From Candidatus Saccharicenans sp. (GTDB lineage: Bacteria; Acidobacteriota; Aminicenantia; Aminicenantales; Saccharicenantaceae): a stretch of DNA of 64,000 nt. The position numbers were made by a program, and so were the translations under genes. Numbering within the stretch: position 1 is the first letter of the stretch; each line of letters begins with the position of its first letter. The notes below the pieces were generated by a model, which was not told the origin of the DNA, did not search any database, and saw only the letters and a list, made by a program, of their open reading frames with translations. The stretch covers positions 446-64,445 of the forward strand of contig JARYMJ010000005.1 in NCBI GenBank assembly GCA_029907135.1, in the 5' to 3' direction. Below are positions 26,421 through 34,990 of this stretch, one piece after another.

Positions 26421-28541
26421 ATGTCTGCCAGGATTGGAAACAACAGGGCTGCTTACCTCGGGCCCTTACTGGCCGGTCTGATTATTTTGGTCCTGCATCT
26501 GTCGCTGGCGCCTTCGCTCGCTTCCCAGACTGCGACCAGGACCGCGATGGGACCTGTTCCTGAACTGATGCCGCTTCCGGCCAAGGTGGAACTCAGCGGG
26601 GAAAAGCTCAGGATTGATGAAAAGTTTTATGCCGGCGGGAAGGACCGGCCCGGGAGCCGTGCCTTTAAGGCTGTGGCCAGGTTCCTGACCAGGTTAGCCG
26701 GGAGGACGGGAATTTTTCTGGAACAGGATTTCCTGGCTGACCAGACCCCAGGACCATCTACCATTCTCTATTATCAATATGAAAGAAAAGGCCGCCTGAT
26801 TCCCAATGAAAATGAATCTTACCGTCTGGAAATAAAGCCGGGAGGTATAGACCTTCGGGCGGCCACCGATCTGGGGATTGTCCGTGGTCTAGAAACCCTG
26901 TTGCAGCTGCTTTCGGCCGACGCCCGCGGTTATTATTTTCCCTGCGGGGTGGTTCAGGACCAACCCCGGTTTACCTGGAGGGGCCTGCTGATTGACTCCT
27001 GCCGTCACTTCCTTCCTCTGGAGGTGATCAAGAGGAACCTTTTGGCCATGGCTGCGGTTAAACTGAACGTTCTCCACTGGCATCTGAGCGAAGACCAGGG
27101 ATTCAGGGTGGAAAGTAAAACCTTTCCCCGGTTGCATCAGCTTGGTTCAGACGGTTTTTACTACACCCAGGAACAGATAAAGGAGGTCATCGGACTGGCT
27201 TCAGACCTGGGCATTAGAGTCATGCCTGAATTCGACATTCCGGGCCATTCCACCAGCTGGTTTGTGGGCTATCCGGAGTATGCCAGTGCTCCCGGTCCAT
27301 ATCGGATCGAAAGGGGATTCGGGGTTTTCCATCCGGTCTTCAATCCGGCCAACCCGGCCACTTACAGGTTCTTTAACGCCTTTTTCCGAGAAATGTCGGC
27401 CCTTTTTCCTGATCCGTATATTCACATTGGCGGAGACGAGGTGGAAGCTGTGGACTGGAAGAAAAACCCCCAGATTCAAGCTTTTATGAAAAAACACCGG
27501 CTGCCCGACAACCAGGCGCTCCAGGCTTACTTCAATAAAGAAATCCTGAAAATCCTGACCCGCTATAATAAAAAAATGGTAGGCTGGGATGAAATTTTCC
27601 AGCCAGGGTTACCCAGGGATATTGTTATCCAGTCCTGGCGGGGCACCCAGGCCCTGGTCGACGGAGCCCGGCGGGGCTATCAGGGAATTTTATCAAATGG
27701 TTATTACATCGACCTCTGCGAAACGGCCGAAAGGCATTACCTCAACGACCCGATACCGCCCGAGGCACCGCTGTCAGAAGCCGAGAAAAAACTTATTCTC
27801 GGCGGGGAAGCTACCATGTGGGCCGAGCTGGTGACGGCCGAAACGGTGGATTCCAGGATCTGGCCCCGGACGGCAGCTATTGCTGAAAGGCTGTGGTCTC
27901 CAGCTGAAATTAGAGATGTCAACGACCTCTACCGAAGGCTGAAAATAATAAGCCGGCAGCTGGAAGAAAACGGGGTCCAGCACCTGAAGAACCAGCCGAT
28001 GATGCTCAGGCGACTGGCCGGGGCTGTCCCGTTCCGTCCCGAGGAAGAAAGAGCCCTTCAGGCGCTGGCGGAAATTGCTGAACCGGTTAAAGGTTACGCC
28101 CGGCACAGCCAGGGGCGCCGTTACACCTCGCTGGCCCCTTTGACCCGCTTTGTCGATTGCTGTTTTCCGGAATCGATGGAAGCCAGGGATTTCCGCAACC
28201 TGGTGGAAGTCTTCCTTCGAGCCGGCAAGTGGGACCAGACAGCGCTGGTCATGGATTATTTCGTAAAGTGGCGGGGTGTTGCCGCCCAGACCAAAGCTCT
28301 GGCCGCAAGGTATCCTATCCTTAACGAAATCGGGCCGCTGGCCCAAAACCTGGCAGAGCTGTCTGCCCTGGGCCAGGAAATTTTGCTCTTTATTCAGAAG
28401 GGAGAAAATCCGGGAGTAGAATGGCTAACCGGCAAGAAAGAACTCCTGGAGGAGTTGAAAAACCCCCGGGCCGAGTGCCAGCTGGCCATTACCCCGGCGG
28501 TAGAGCTGTTGCTGGGAAGGCTGGGAAAAAACATTAATTAG
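26421..28541 (+). CDS. Beta-N-acetylhexosaminidase, GH20
   Basis: Signal peptide. HWHLSEDQGFRVES, PEFDIPGHS and HIGGDEV (catalytic D-E pair) are GH20 hallmarks. Confidence 0.85.
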   Translation: MSARIGNNRAAYLGPLLAGLIILVLHLSLAPSLASQTATRTAMGPVPELMPLPAKVELSGEKLRIDEKFYAGGKDRPGSRAFKAVARFLTRLAGRTGIFLEQDFLADQTPGPSTILYYQYERKGRLIPNENESYRLEIKPGGIDLRAATDLGIVRGLETLLQLLSADARGYYFPCGVVQDQPRFTWRGLLIDSCRHFLPLEVIKRNLLAMAAVKLNVLHWHLSEDQGFRVESKTFPRLHQLGSDGFYYTQEQIKEVIGLASDLGIRVMPEFDIPGHSTSWFVGYPEYASAPGPYRIERGFGVFHPVFNPANPATYRFFNAFFREMSALFPDPYIHIGGDEVEAVDWKKNPQIQAFMKKHRLPDNQALQAYFNKEILKILTRYNKKMVGWDEIFQPGLPRDIVIQSWRGTQALVDGARRGYQGILSNGYYIDLCETAERHYLNDPIPPEAPLSEAEKKLILGGEATMWAELVTAETVDSRIWPRTAAIAERLWSPAEIRDVNDLYRRLKIISRQLEENGVQHLKNQPMMLRRLAGAVPFRPEEERALQALAEIAEPVKGYARHSQGRRYTSLAPLTRFVDCCFPESMEARDFRNLVEVFLRAGKWDQTALVMDYFVKWRGVAAQTKALAARYPILNEIGPLAQNLAELSALGQEILLFIQKGENPGVEWLTGKKELLEELKNPRAECQLAITPAVELLLGRLGKNIN

Positions 28542-28622
28542 TTTATTAAATCTTAGCCAGTTTAATTTTAAGAGAAAGCCAAAGACCAAACCAGGATTTG
28601 TAGCTGAAAGAGAGTTGAGGAC

Positions 28623-29699
28623 ATGAGACCAAAATATAAAAGAATATTTGTTCTTTGGCTGGCTGTGTTTTTTTTGACCCTGTCCAGCGGATTACTTCCA
28701 GCCAGGGGCCAGGTGGCCATTAAGGACAGCCTCGGGAGACAGGTTAAAATCCCGGCCCGGGTGGAAAGAATAGTCTGCTTGCAGCCGGAACTGCTGCGGA
28801 TTCTGGTGGCCCTGGAGCAGAAAGACCGGGTGGTAGCAGTTGACCGGTTTCCAGCCCGCTATGACCACTTAATGAAAATAATCTTCCCCGAGGTGGTTAA
28901 TCTACCGGTGGTTTCCGTGAGCGGAGAAGACGCCAATGTCGAACGTATCCTGGGGTTGCGACCAGACCTGGTGCTGGTTTCACCCTCGGAATTGAACCTG
29001 TCCCGTAACCTCAGCCGTAAGCTTAATTGCCCGGTGGTCAGCCTGAGTTCAAACGGTCACCTGGAGCGACTACTGGAGGAAATTCAAATCCTGTCCAGGA
29101 TTACAGCCAGTGAAACTAGAGGACAGGAAATAAAGAATTATATGCTTTCCTGGATTGAATTCCTCCGGCAAAAAACAGGCGGGCGGTTAAAGAGCGAAAG
29201 GCCTCGGGTCTATCTTAGCTTCTGGGGTTCGCTGTTGCGGACTCCGGTTAGCTACGAGCCAGTGGAACTGGCTGGAGGTTATAACCTGGCCGGCCGTTTC
29301 CGGACTATCCATGAAGGTTCAGATACGGCAGTCCTGAACATTGAAGCCTTGCTGGCCTTAGATCCTGATATTATCCTGGTCCACGGGAATTACCTGCCAG
29401 AAGAAAGGTTGTTAACCCCGGAAGTTATCCTCTCTGATGAGAGGCTTCAGACCATTAAAGCCGTCAGGGAGAGGAAAGTTTATTACACCTTCGGTTTCTG
29501 GTACTGGTGGGATCCGGCCCTGGTGCTGGTGGAAGGACTTTATCTCTCTGACCTTTTTAATCCAGGGGCAGAAATCTGGTCCGAGCCGATAAAAACCGGT
29601 GATGACATCTTCGCTTTTTTTTATGGCCAGCCCGGTTTATTCAGCCAGCTCTGTGCTAAAATAAAAGCTTATGATTGGTTCAATAAGGAAAGGCCCTAA
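28623..29699 (+). CDS. ABC transporter periplasmic substrate-binding protein, FecB/BtuF (iron-siderophore/cobalamin) class
   Basis: Signal peptide. ...RIVCLQPELLRILVALE...VVAVD... and ...DPDIILV... are typical of Peripla_BP_2. It is followed by FecCD permease and ATPase genes. Confidence 0.7.
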   Translation: MRPKYKRIFVLWLAVFFLTLSSGLLPARGQVAIKDSLGRQVKIPARVERIVCLQPELLRILVALEQKDRVVAVDRFPARYDHLMKIIFPEVVNLPVVSVSGEDANVERILGLRPDLVLVSPSELNLSRNLSRKLNCPVVSLSSNGHLERLLEEIQILSRITASETRGQEIKNYMLSWIEFLRQKTGGRLKSERPRVYLSFWGSLLRTPVSYEPVELAGGYNLAGRFRTIHEGSDTAVLNIEALLALDPDIILVHGNYLPEERLLTPEVILSDERLQTIKAVRERKVYYTFGFWYWWDPALVLVEGLYLSDLFNPGAEIWSEPIKTGDDIFAFFYGQPGLFSQLCAKIKAYDWFNKERP

Positions 29700-30696
29700 C
29701 CGGAGACTGCTGATTGTCGGCACTGTTTTTCTTCCGTTGCTCTTGCTGGTGTTATCGCTGAGTTTCGGCACCTATGCCATTTCCCTGAAAGAGGTCCTGA
29801 AAATAATCCTGGCTAAAGTGGCCGGCCTTAAGCCGGATTTATTGTCCAGCCCGGAAGCCAATATCGTTCTTAACATCCGGCTACCCCGGCTGATCCTGGC
29901 CCTGCTGGCCGGGGCTGCCTTTTCTGTCTCCGGAGCTTCCCTGCAGTCGCTGTTCCGCAATCCCCTGGTCAATGAATACATACTGGGAGTTTCCTTCGGC
30001 GCCGGCTTCGGGGCAGCCGCCTCGCTGGTTCTCCTGAGCCGAACTTTTCCGCCGCAGCTTCTGGCTTTTGCCTGCGGGCTTCTGGCGGTGGTCCTGGTAC
30101 TGCTGATTTCCGAAGGCGCCAGGAATACCATGTTCGCCGTCCTGCTGACCGGAATCATAGTTTCTGCCCTTTTCCAGGCCCTGCTTTCGGCCATTGAATT
30201 CGTGGCCAGCCCCTATGCCCTGCAATCTCTTTTTTTCTGGTTGCTGGGAAGTTTTTCCCAGGCCACCTGGTCCGACCTGCTGTGGTCGGCCCCTCTGATC
30301 ATTGCCGGACTAGGCTTTCTGCTTAATCTGGGTTGGCGCCTCAATGCTCTGAGCCTGAGCGATGACGAGGCCCGTTCTCTGGGCCTGGCGGTCAAGAGAG
30401 AAAGAATTCTGATAATCTGCCTGACTACCCTTATCACTTCCGCGGTGGTAGCCATCGCTGGAATCATTGGCTGGGTCGGGTTGATAGTGCCCCATGCCGT
30501 CAGAGGTCTGGTGGGCTCAGATAATCGTCTGGTGCTGCCGCTCTCGGCCGGCTTTGGGGCCAGTCTGATGTTGCTGGCTGATAGCCTCATCCGGATTTTT
30601 TCGCCTTACGAATTCCCGGTAGGGATTCTGACCAACCTGGTGGGAATTCCCTTTTTCCTTTACCTGATAAAGAAATCCCGGGCTAGCTGGAGTTAA
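29671..30696 (+). CDS. ABC transporter permease, FecCD/BtuC family
   Basis: 341 aa with ~9-10 TM segments. RLPRLILALLAGAAFSVSGASLQSLFRNPL is the FecCD signature region. It overlaps the binding-protein gene by 29 nt. Confidence 0.8.
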   Translation: MIGSIRKGPNRRLLIVGTVFLPLLLLVLSLSFGTYAISLKEVLKIILAKVAGLKPDLLSSPEANIVLNIRLPRLILALLAGAAFSVSGASLQSLFRNPLVNEYILGVSFGAGFGAAASLVLLSRTFPPQLLAFACGLLAVVLVLLISEGARNTMFAVLLTGIIVSALFQALLSAIEFVASPYALQSLFFWLLGSFSQATWSDLLWSAPLIIAGLGFLLNLGWRLNALSLSDDEARSLGLAVKRERILIICLTTLITSAVVAIAGIIGWVGLIVPHAVRGLVGSDNRLVLPLSAGFGASLMLLADSLIRIFSPYEFPVGILTNLVGIPFFLYLIKKSRASWS

Positions 30697-30698
30697 GG

Positions 30699-31457
30699 GT
30701 GCAGATTAGGATTATCAAGCTCGAAGTTAGCTACCAAGACTTTCAACTCCGGGTCGAAAATCTGCAATTCTGGCCAAAACAGGTTTCGGTCATCATCGGC
30801 CCGAATGGCGCCGGCAAATCAACCCTGCTGAGGTCACTGGCTGGACTGATTCGATTATCGCCCGGGTCAGTCTTTATCGATGGCCGGGATCTGTCAACCG
30901 TTAAAGGGAGCGAGAGAGCGGCCCTGGTCAGCTATGTTCCCCAGGAACAGACAGCTGCCCTCAATTTTCGCGTTTTTGATTTTATCCTGATGGGCCGGAG
31001 TGGCTATTTAAGTATCTTTTCTGCCCCGTCGCGGACCGATTACCAAAAGACAGAAGAGGTCATAGCCTACCTGGGCCTGGAAGCCCTGGCCAGTCGGAAA
31101 TGCCATGAGTTGAGCAGCGGAGAGAGAAGAATCGTCCTTATTGCCAGAGCCTTGACCCAGGATTCCAGCCTTATTTTGCTGGATGAGCCGACTACCTTCC
31201 TGGACCTCAAACATGAAATGGAAATCATAAACCTGCTGAAAAAGCTGGCCACCGACAGGGGAAAAACCATCATCACCTCTCTGCACAGCCTGGACCTTGT
31301 TCCCAGGGTGGCCGATTTCCTGGTGATGATTAAAAATGGCCGGGTACTGGCCGCCGGCCAGACCGAGTCAGTTTTCCGGAGTGACCTTCTGGCCAGTCTT
31401 TTTGATTATCCGGTCAGGGTGGTGGAAGCAGAAGGCCAGCAACTGCTCCTTAGATAA
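30699..31457 (+). CDS. ABC transporter ATP-binding protein (FepC/BtuD-like)
   Basis: Walker A GPNGAGKST, signature LSSGERR, Walker B LILLDEPT. GTG start 2 nt after the permease stop. Confidence 0.85.
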   Translation: MQIRIIKLEVSYQDFQLRVENLQFWPKQVSVIIGPNGAGKSTLLRSLAGLIRLSPGSVFIDGRDLSTVKGSERAALVSYVPQEQTAALNFRVFDFILMGRSGYLSIFSAPSRTDYQKTEEVIAYLGLEALASRKCHELSSGERRIVLIARALTQDSSLILLDEPTTFLDLKHEMEIINLLKKLATDRGKTIITSLHSLDLVPRVADFLVMIKNGRVLAAGQTESVFRSDLLASLFDYPVRVVEAEGQQLLLR

Positions 31458-31467
31458 AAAGGCCGTT

Positions 31468-32625
31468 TTATTTCAGTTTTTCCTCGCTGACAAAATTCCT
31501 GTAAGGTGAAAGATAGGATAGGCTTTCCTCATCGTTCGGTCCGGTCTGGCCCGAAATCAACCTGGTCAGCAGCTCAGCCACTCCCGGCCCGAGCATGAAG
31601 CCCTGACCGCACATCCCGACTGCCAGCAGAAAACCCTTGACCTCTCGCGACCAGCCGACTATGGGAAAACCATCTGGAGTCATGGGATAGAGTCCACGCC
31701 AGGTGCGGCGGACCCGGATGTTCTGCAACCGGGGCATCAGCTCGATCATGCGGCGGGAGACCATCGGCAGGAAATCGCTGGTTTCCCGCTCGTCAAATCC
31801 CCAGAGGCTCGGGCTGGGGGTGATACAAAAGATAATCTGACCGGTGGCGTGCTGGTAAAAATAATAATTGGCTGAACCCTGGACTGGCCTGATGTCAACA
31901 ATCATCGGCTCGAAAAATCTCTGGACAGGTTCGGTCACAGCGGCTTCGTGAGAATCGGGGTTGACTGGAATTTCTAATCCGGCCAGCCTGGCCACCTGAG
32001 CGGCCCAGGCGCCGGCGGCGTTGATGACAATCCCGGCGCCGTAGGTCCCGACGTCGGTCACCACTCCCTTGATTACTCCATTTTCTATAATAAGCTCCCG
32101 GACGTTTTCTCTGAACCTGAATTCGGCTCCAGCCCTTCTGGCCTGGCGGTAAAAAGCTTCCACTGCCAGCAGGGGAGAGGCGTGCCCGTCCCCGGGGGAA
32201 AAGGTTCCGCCGATCAGGCCGCGCGGGTTAAGGTCGGGCAGCAACTTTCTCAACTCTTCTGTCCCCAGCCAGTCAATTTTCAGTCCATGTCTTTTCTGTA
32301 GCGGCAGAACTTCTTTTAGGGTTTTTTCTTCTTCCTCCCGGTAGGCGACGAAACAATAACCTCCCTGATGCCACTCGATCTCATCACCGTAAGTTTCTTT
32401 CCAGGTGGAGAAAATTTCCAGGCTGCGCAGGCCCAACCTGATCTTGGCCGGGTCGGAATGGGTGGCTCTCAACCCGCCAATGGCCCTTTTGTTGGAACTC
32501 TGTCCGGGGCTGGGATTCCTATCCAGCACCAGCACCCGGTATCCTTTCTGGGCCAGGAACAGAGCGGTGGGAGTACCGACGCTGCCGGCCCCGATGATGA
32601 TGACCTCGTATTCAGCGCGGCTCAT
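31468..32625 (-). CDS. FAD-dependent oxidoreductase, DAO family (sarcosine oxidase beta / proline dehydrogenase beta / OoxB-like subunit)
   Basis: YEVIIIGAGSVGTPTALFLAQKGYRVLVLD is a dinucleotide fold. ATG 32625 follows AAGGAG; the track start at 32667 is less likely. It overlaps the upstream alpha-like gene by 14 nt. Confidence 0.75.
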   Translation of the reverse strand: MSRAEYEVIIIGAGSVGTPTALFLAQKGYRVLVLDRNPSPGQSSNKRAIGGLRATHSDPAKIRLGLRSLEIFSTWKETYGDEIEWHQGGYCFVAYREEEEKTLKEVLPLQKRHGLKIDWLGTEELRKLLPDLNPRGLIGGTFSPGDGHASPLLAVEAFYRQARRAGAEFRFRENVRELIIENGVIKGVVTDVGTYGAGIVINAAGAWAAQVARLAGLEIPVNPDSHEAAVTEPVQRFFEPMIVDIRPVQGSANYYFYQHATGQIIFCITPSPSLWGFDERETSDFLPMVSRRMIELMPRLQNIRVRRTWRGLYPMTPDGFPIVGWSREVKGFLLAVGMCGQGFMLGPGVAELLTRLISGQTGPNDEESLSYLSPYRNFVSEEKLK

Positions 32626-34768
32626 GTCGGGACTCCTTTCTGGTTTCCAGGCCGCCAAACAGGCCAAGCGGTACTTCTATGAACAGTGGCCTCTTGGGCT
32701 GGTCCACGATTTCGCTTTCAGGGACACCTTCCTCCCGGAACAGCCGGTGCACCAGGGGAGTGCAGGTCTTGGCCCCGCACGGTCCCATCCCGGCTCTGGT
32801 TATGGTCTTGATTTCGTTTATATCGCGGATTCCTTCCCAGATCAGCTTCCGGATTTCTCCGGCCGTTACCCGCTCGCAGCGACAGACAATGGCTTCATCC
32901 GGGATTCTGGCCACGTACTGTTCGTCAACTTCGGTAATTTCCGGTTGCAGCCTCAGGCCAGTGACTTTCTTGGCTACCGCCTTGGGCACCGGGGCTTTAA
33001 CCAGAATGGTCCGGTCATTGCCCTTGATGGATTTAACCGAGCTGACCCGACTCCTGGCCAGGACCTGTCCTTCGACATCGACCAGCTCGATTTCATCGCC
33101 GGGGTTGATTATTTCCTTGAGGAATTCAAAGGGGATAGTGACTTCGGGAAATTCAGGATTTTTCCGGTAATCAACCAGGGTGATGGCCAGCCCCGGGCAG
33201 AAAACCACGCAGCGCTCGCAGCCGCTGCAGCCCTTGCCGTCTCGCTCTTCATAATAGACCGGCAGGCGGCGGACATCATTGCGATCAACTTCGATCAGCT
33301 TCCTGGGGCAGACAGCCGAACAGGGATCACAGGGAATTTCCTGAAGGCAATGGATGACCGGAAAAACACCTTCCTCTTTTTCCAGAAAATATTCGGGGTA
33401 GACCGGTCCCGGCCGGGACTTCAAGATCTCAGCCGTCCGGTACCAGTCCTCGGGCACCTGGCCCTGAAAAAAGCCGAGCTCCCGGGCAATTTCCAGTCCC
33501 CGGATTTTACCGGAGAAGATGGCGGCTGAGGCCTCGGCGATTTCCTCGGCATCTCCGGCCGCATACACCGGCAGCTCAAATTCCCTGGCCTTGAGGTAGA
33601 ATTCGTTGACCGGGTCCAGTCCGACGGCGATCAGAACCGTGTCGCACCTAAAGGTTTTTTCTGAGCCGGGGACCGGCTTGAATTTTTCATCCACCCGGGC
33701 CACGGTGACCGATTCAACGCTTTCGTGGCCATTGGCGCTGAGGATGGTATGAGAAGTCATAATCGGCACACCCAGCCGGGCCAGTTTATCCTTGTGGACC
33801 TTATAGCCGCCGACCTCGGGCATGACTTCCACCAGGCCCACCACCTTGATGCCTGCCTGGAGCGCATGGTAACCGGCAATCAAACCGACGTTGCCTCCAC
33901 CGACAATGAACAGCTTCTCTGTGGGCTTGACCAGGTCCCGATTGACCAGCGTTTGAAAGGCCCCAGCCCCATAAACTCCTGGCAAGTCGTTACCGGGGAA
34001 GGCTAGGGATTTCTCCCGGGCCCCGGCGGCCACCAGCAGTACCTTCGGTTTAACCAGGGCATATTGACGACCCTCTTTGAGAATGCCAACTTTCTTATCG
34101 CTGAAAACAGCCAGGGCCGTGCTTTGCAGCCAGATCCGGACCTGGGGGTAACGGCGAACTTCCTGCTCCAGCCTGGTGGCGATGTCAATACCCCTGGTAC
34201 CAGCATAGACCGCTTCCACCGAACCGAAGAAGCGGTGGGTCTGAAGAACCAGCTTGCCGCCCAGACGGTGCTTGTCATCAACCAGCAAACAATCCACACC
34301 CCGCTGGCCCAGCTCGATGGCTGCCGACAGCCCGGCCGGCCCGCCGCCGATAATCAGCACCGACACTTCCAGTTCTTCTATGGACTTGAATTCCAGCCTG
34401 GTTTCAGGGTCAACTTTCGGCAGCTCGGGCAGCCCGCGAAGCGGCTGGATTTTCATCCCCGGCCTGATCAGTTCCATGCAGGATTTGACCGGGAAGCCAT
34501 CGGCCAGCACCAGGCATTGAGCGCACTGTCCGTTGGCACAGAAAATCCCCTGGGGGGCTCCATCCTTGTGATGATAACTTAAAATGCGGATCCCGTTAGC
34601 AAAAAGGGCCGAGGCAATGGTTTCGCCCTCCCGGGCTTTGAGTTCCAGTCCTTGAAAATAAAAGCTGAAAAGGGGCTTATCCTCAACCGGGAGAATTGGA
34701 TGTTTATAGAGGCGGTTATCGATCAAAGGAGACTCCTTTAATCCAGAATGACCGAGGCCATCGCACAT
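32612..34768 (-). CDS. Fused Fe-S/flavin oxidoreductase: N-terminal 2Fe-2S region + FAD/NAD(P) pyridine-nucleotide-disulfide oxidoreductase fold + Cys clusters + C-terminal BFD-like [2Fe-2S] domain (sarcosine oxidase alpha/OoxA/HcnA-B-like)
   Basis: Motifs in order: FCANGQCAQCLVLADGFPVKSC; VLIIGGGPAGLSAAIELG and LFIVGGGNVGLIAGYHAL; CLQEIPCDPCSAVCP and CSGCERCVVFCP; CRCERVTAGEI...GPCGAKTC. An alternative TTG start at 34726 has AAGGAG 6 nt upstream. Confidence 0.7.
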   Translation of the reverse strand: MCDGLGHSGLKESPLIDNRLYKHPILPVEDKPLFSFYFQGLELKAREGETIASALFANGIRILSYHHKDGAPQGIFCANGQCAQCLVLADGFPVKSCMELIRPGMKIQPLRGLPELPKVDPETRLEFKSIEELEVSVLIIGGGPAGLSAAIELGQRGVDCLLVDDKHRLGGKLVLQTHRFFGSVEAVYAGTRGIDIATRLEQEVRRYPQVRIWLQSTALAVFSDKKVGILKEGRQYALVKPKVLLVAAGAREKSLAFPGNDLPGVYGAGAFQTLVNRDLVKPTEKLFIVGGGNVGLIAGYHALQAGIKVVGLVEVMPEVGGYKVHKDKLARLGVPIMTSHTILSANGHESVESVTVARVDEKFKPVPGSEKTFRCDTVLIAVGLDPVNEFYLKAREFELPVYAAGDAEEIAEASAAIFSGKIRGLEIARELGFFQGQVPEDWYRTAEILKSRPGPVYPEYFLEKEEGVFPVIHCLQEIPCDPCSAVCPRKLIEVDRNDVRRLPVYYEERDGKGCSGCERCVVFCPGLAITLVDYRKNPEFPEVTIPFEFLKEIINPGDEIELVDVEGQVLARSRVSSVKSIKGNDRTILVKAPVPKAVAKKVTGLRLQPEITEVDEQYVARIPDEAIVCRCERVTAGEIRKLIWEGIRDINEIKTITRAGMGPCGAKTCTPLVHRLFREEGVPESEIVDQPKRPLFIEVPLGLFGGLETRKESRHEPR

Positions 34769-34990
34769 GTAATCAGAAAATTAAGACTGGCATTATAACA
34801 CAAGAATTTTTAGTAAAGAAATATCAGATTAAAAATTTCAGTCGGGCCAGCGCCTAAGGCCTGGTCTCTGGATTCTTAGCGCGAAGATGGACTTGTTTTA
34901 ATATCTTAAAATTTTAATGCAAAATATTCAGTGCAGTCGGACCGGCAAATTAATATAATAAAAAAACAATTATAAAAATAAGGAGGTCTC

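Noticed and set aside
28542-28622. Possible cobalamin or other riboswitch in front of the BtuF/FecB-class ABC importer.
   Set aside because: The leader is only ~80 nt and AT-rich, with no B12-box-like sequence or multi-helix potential. It is too short for a cobalamin riboswitch.
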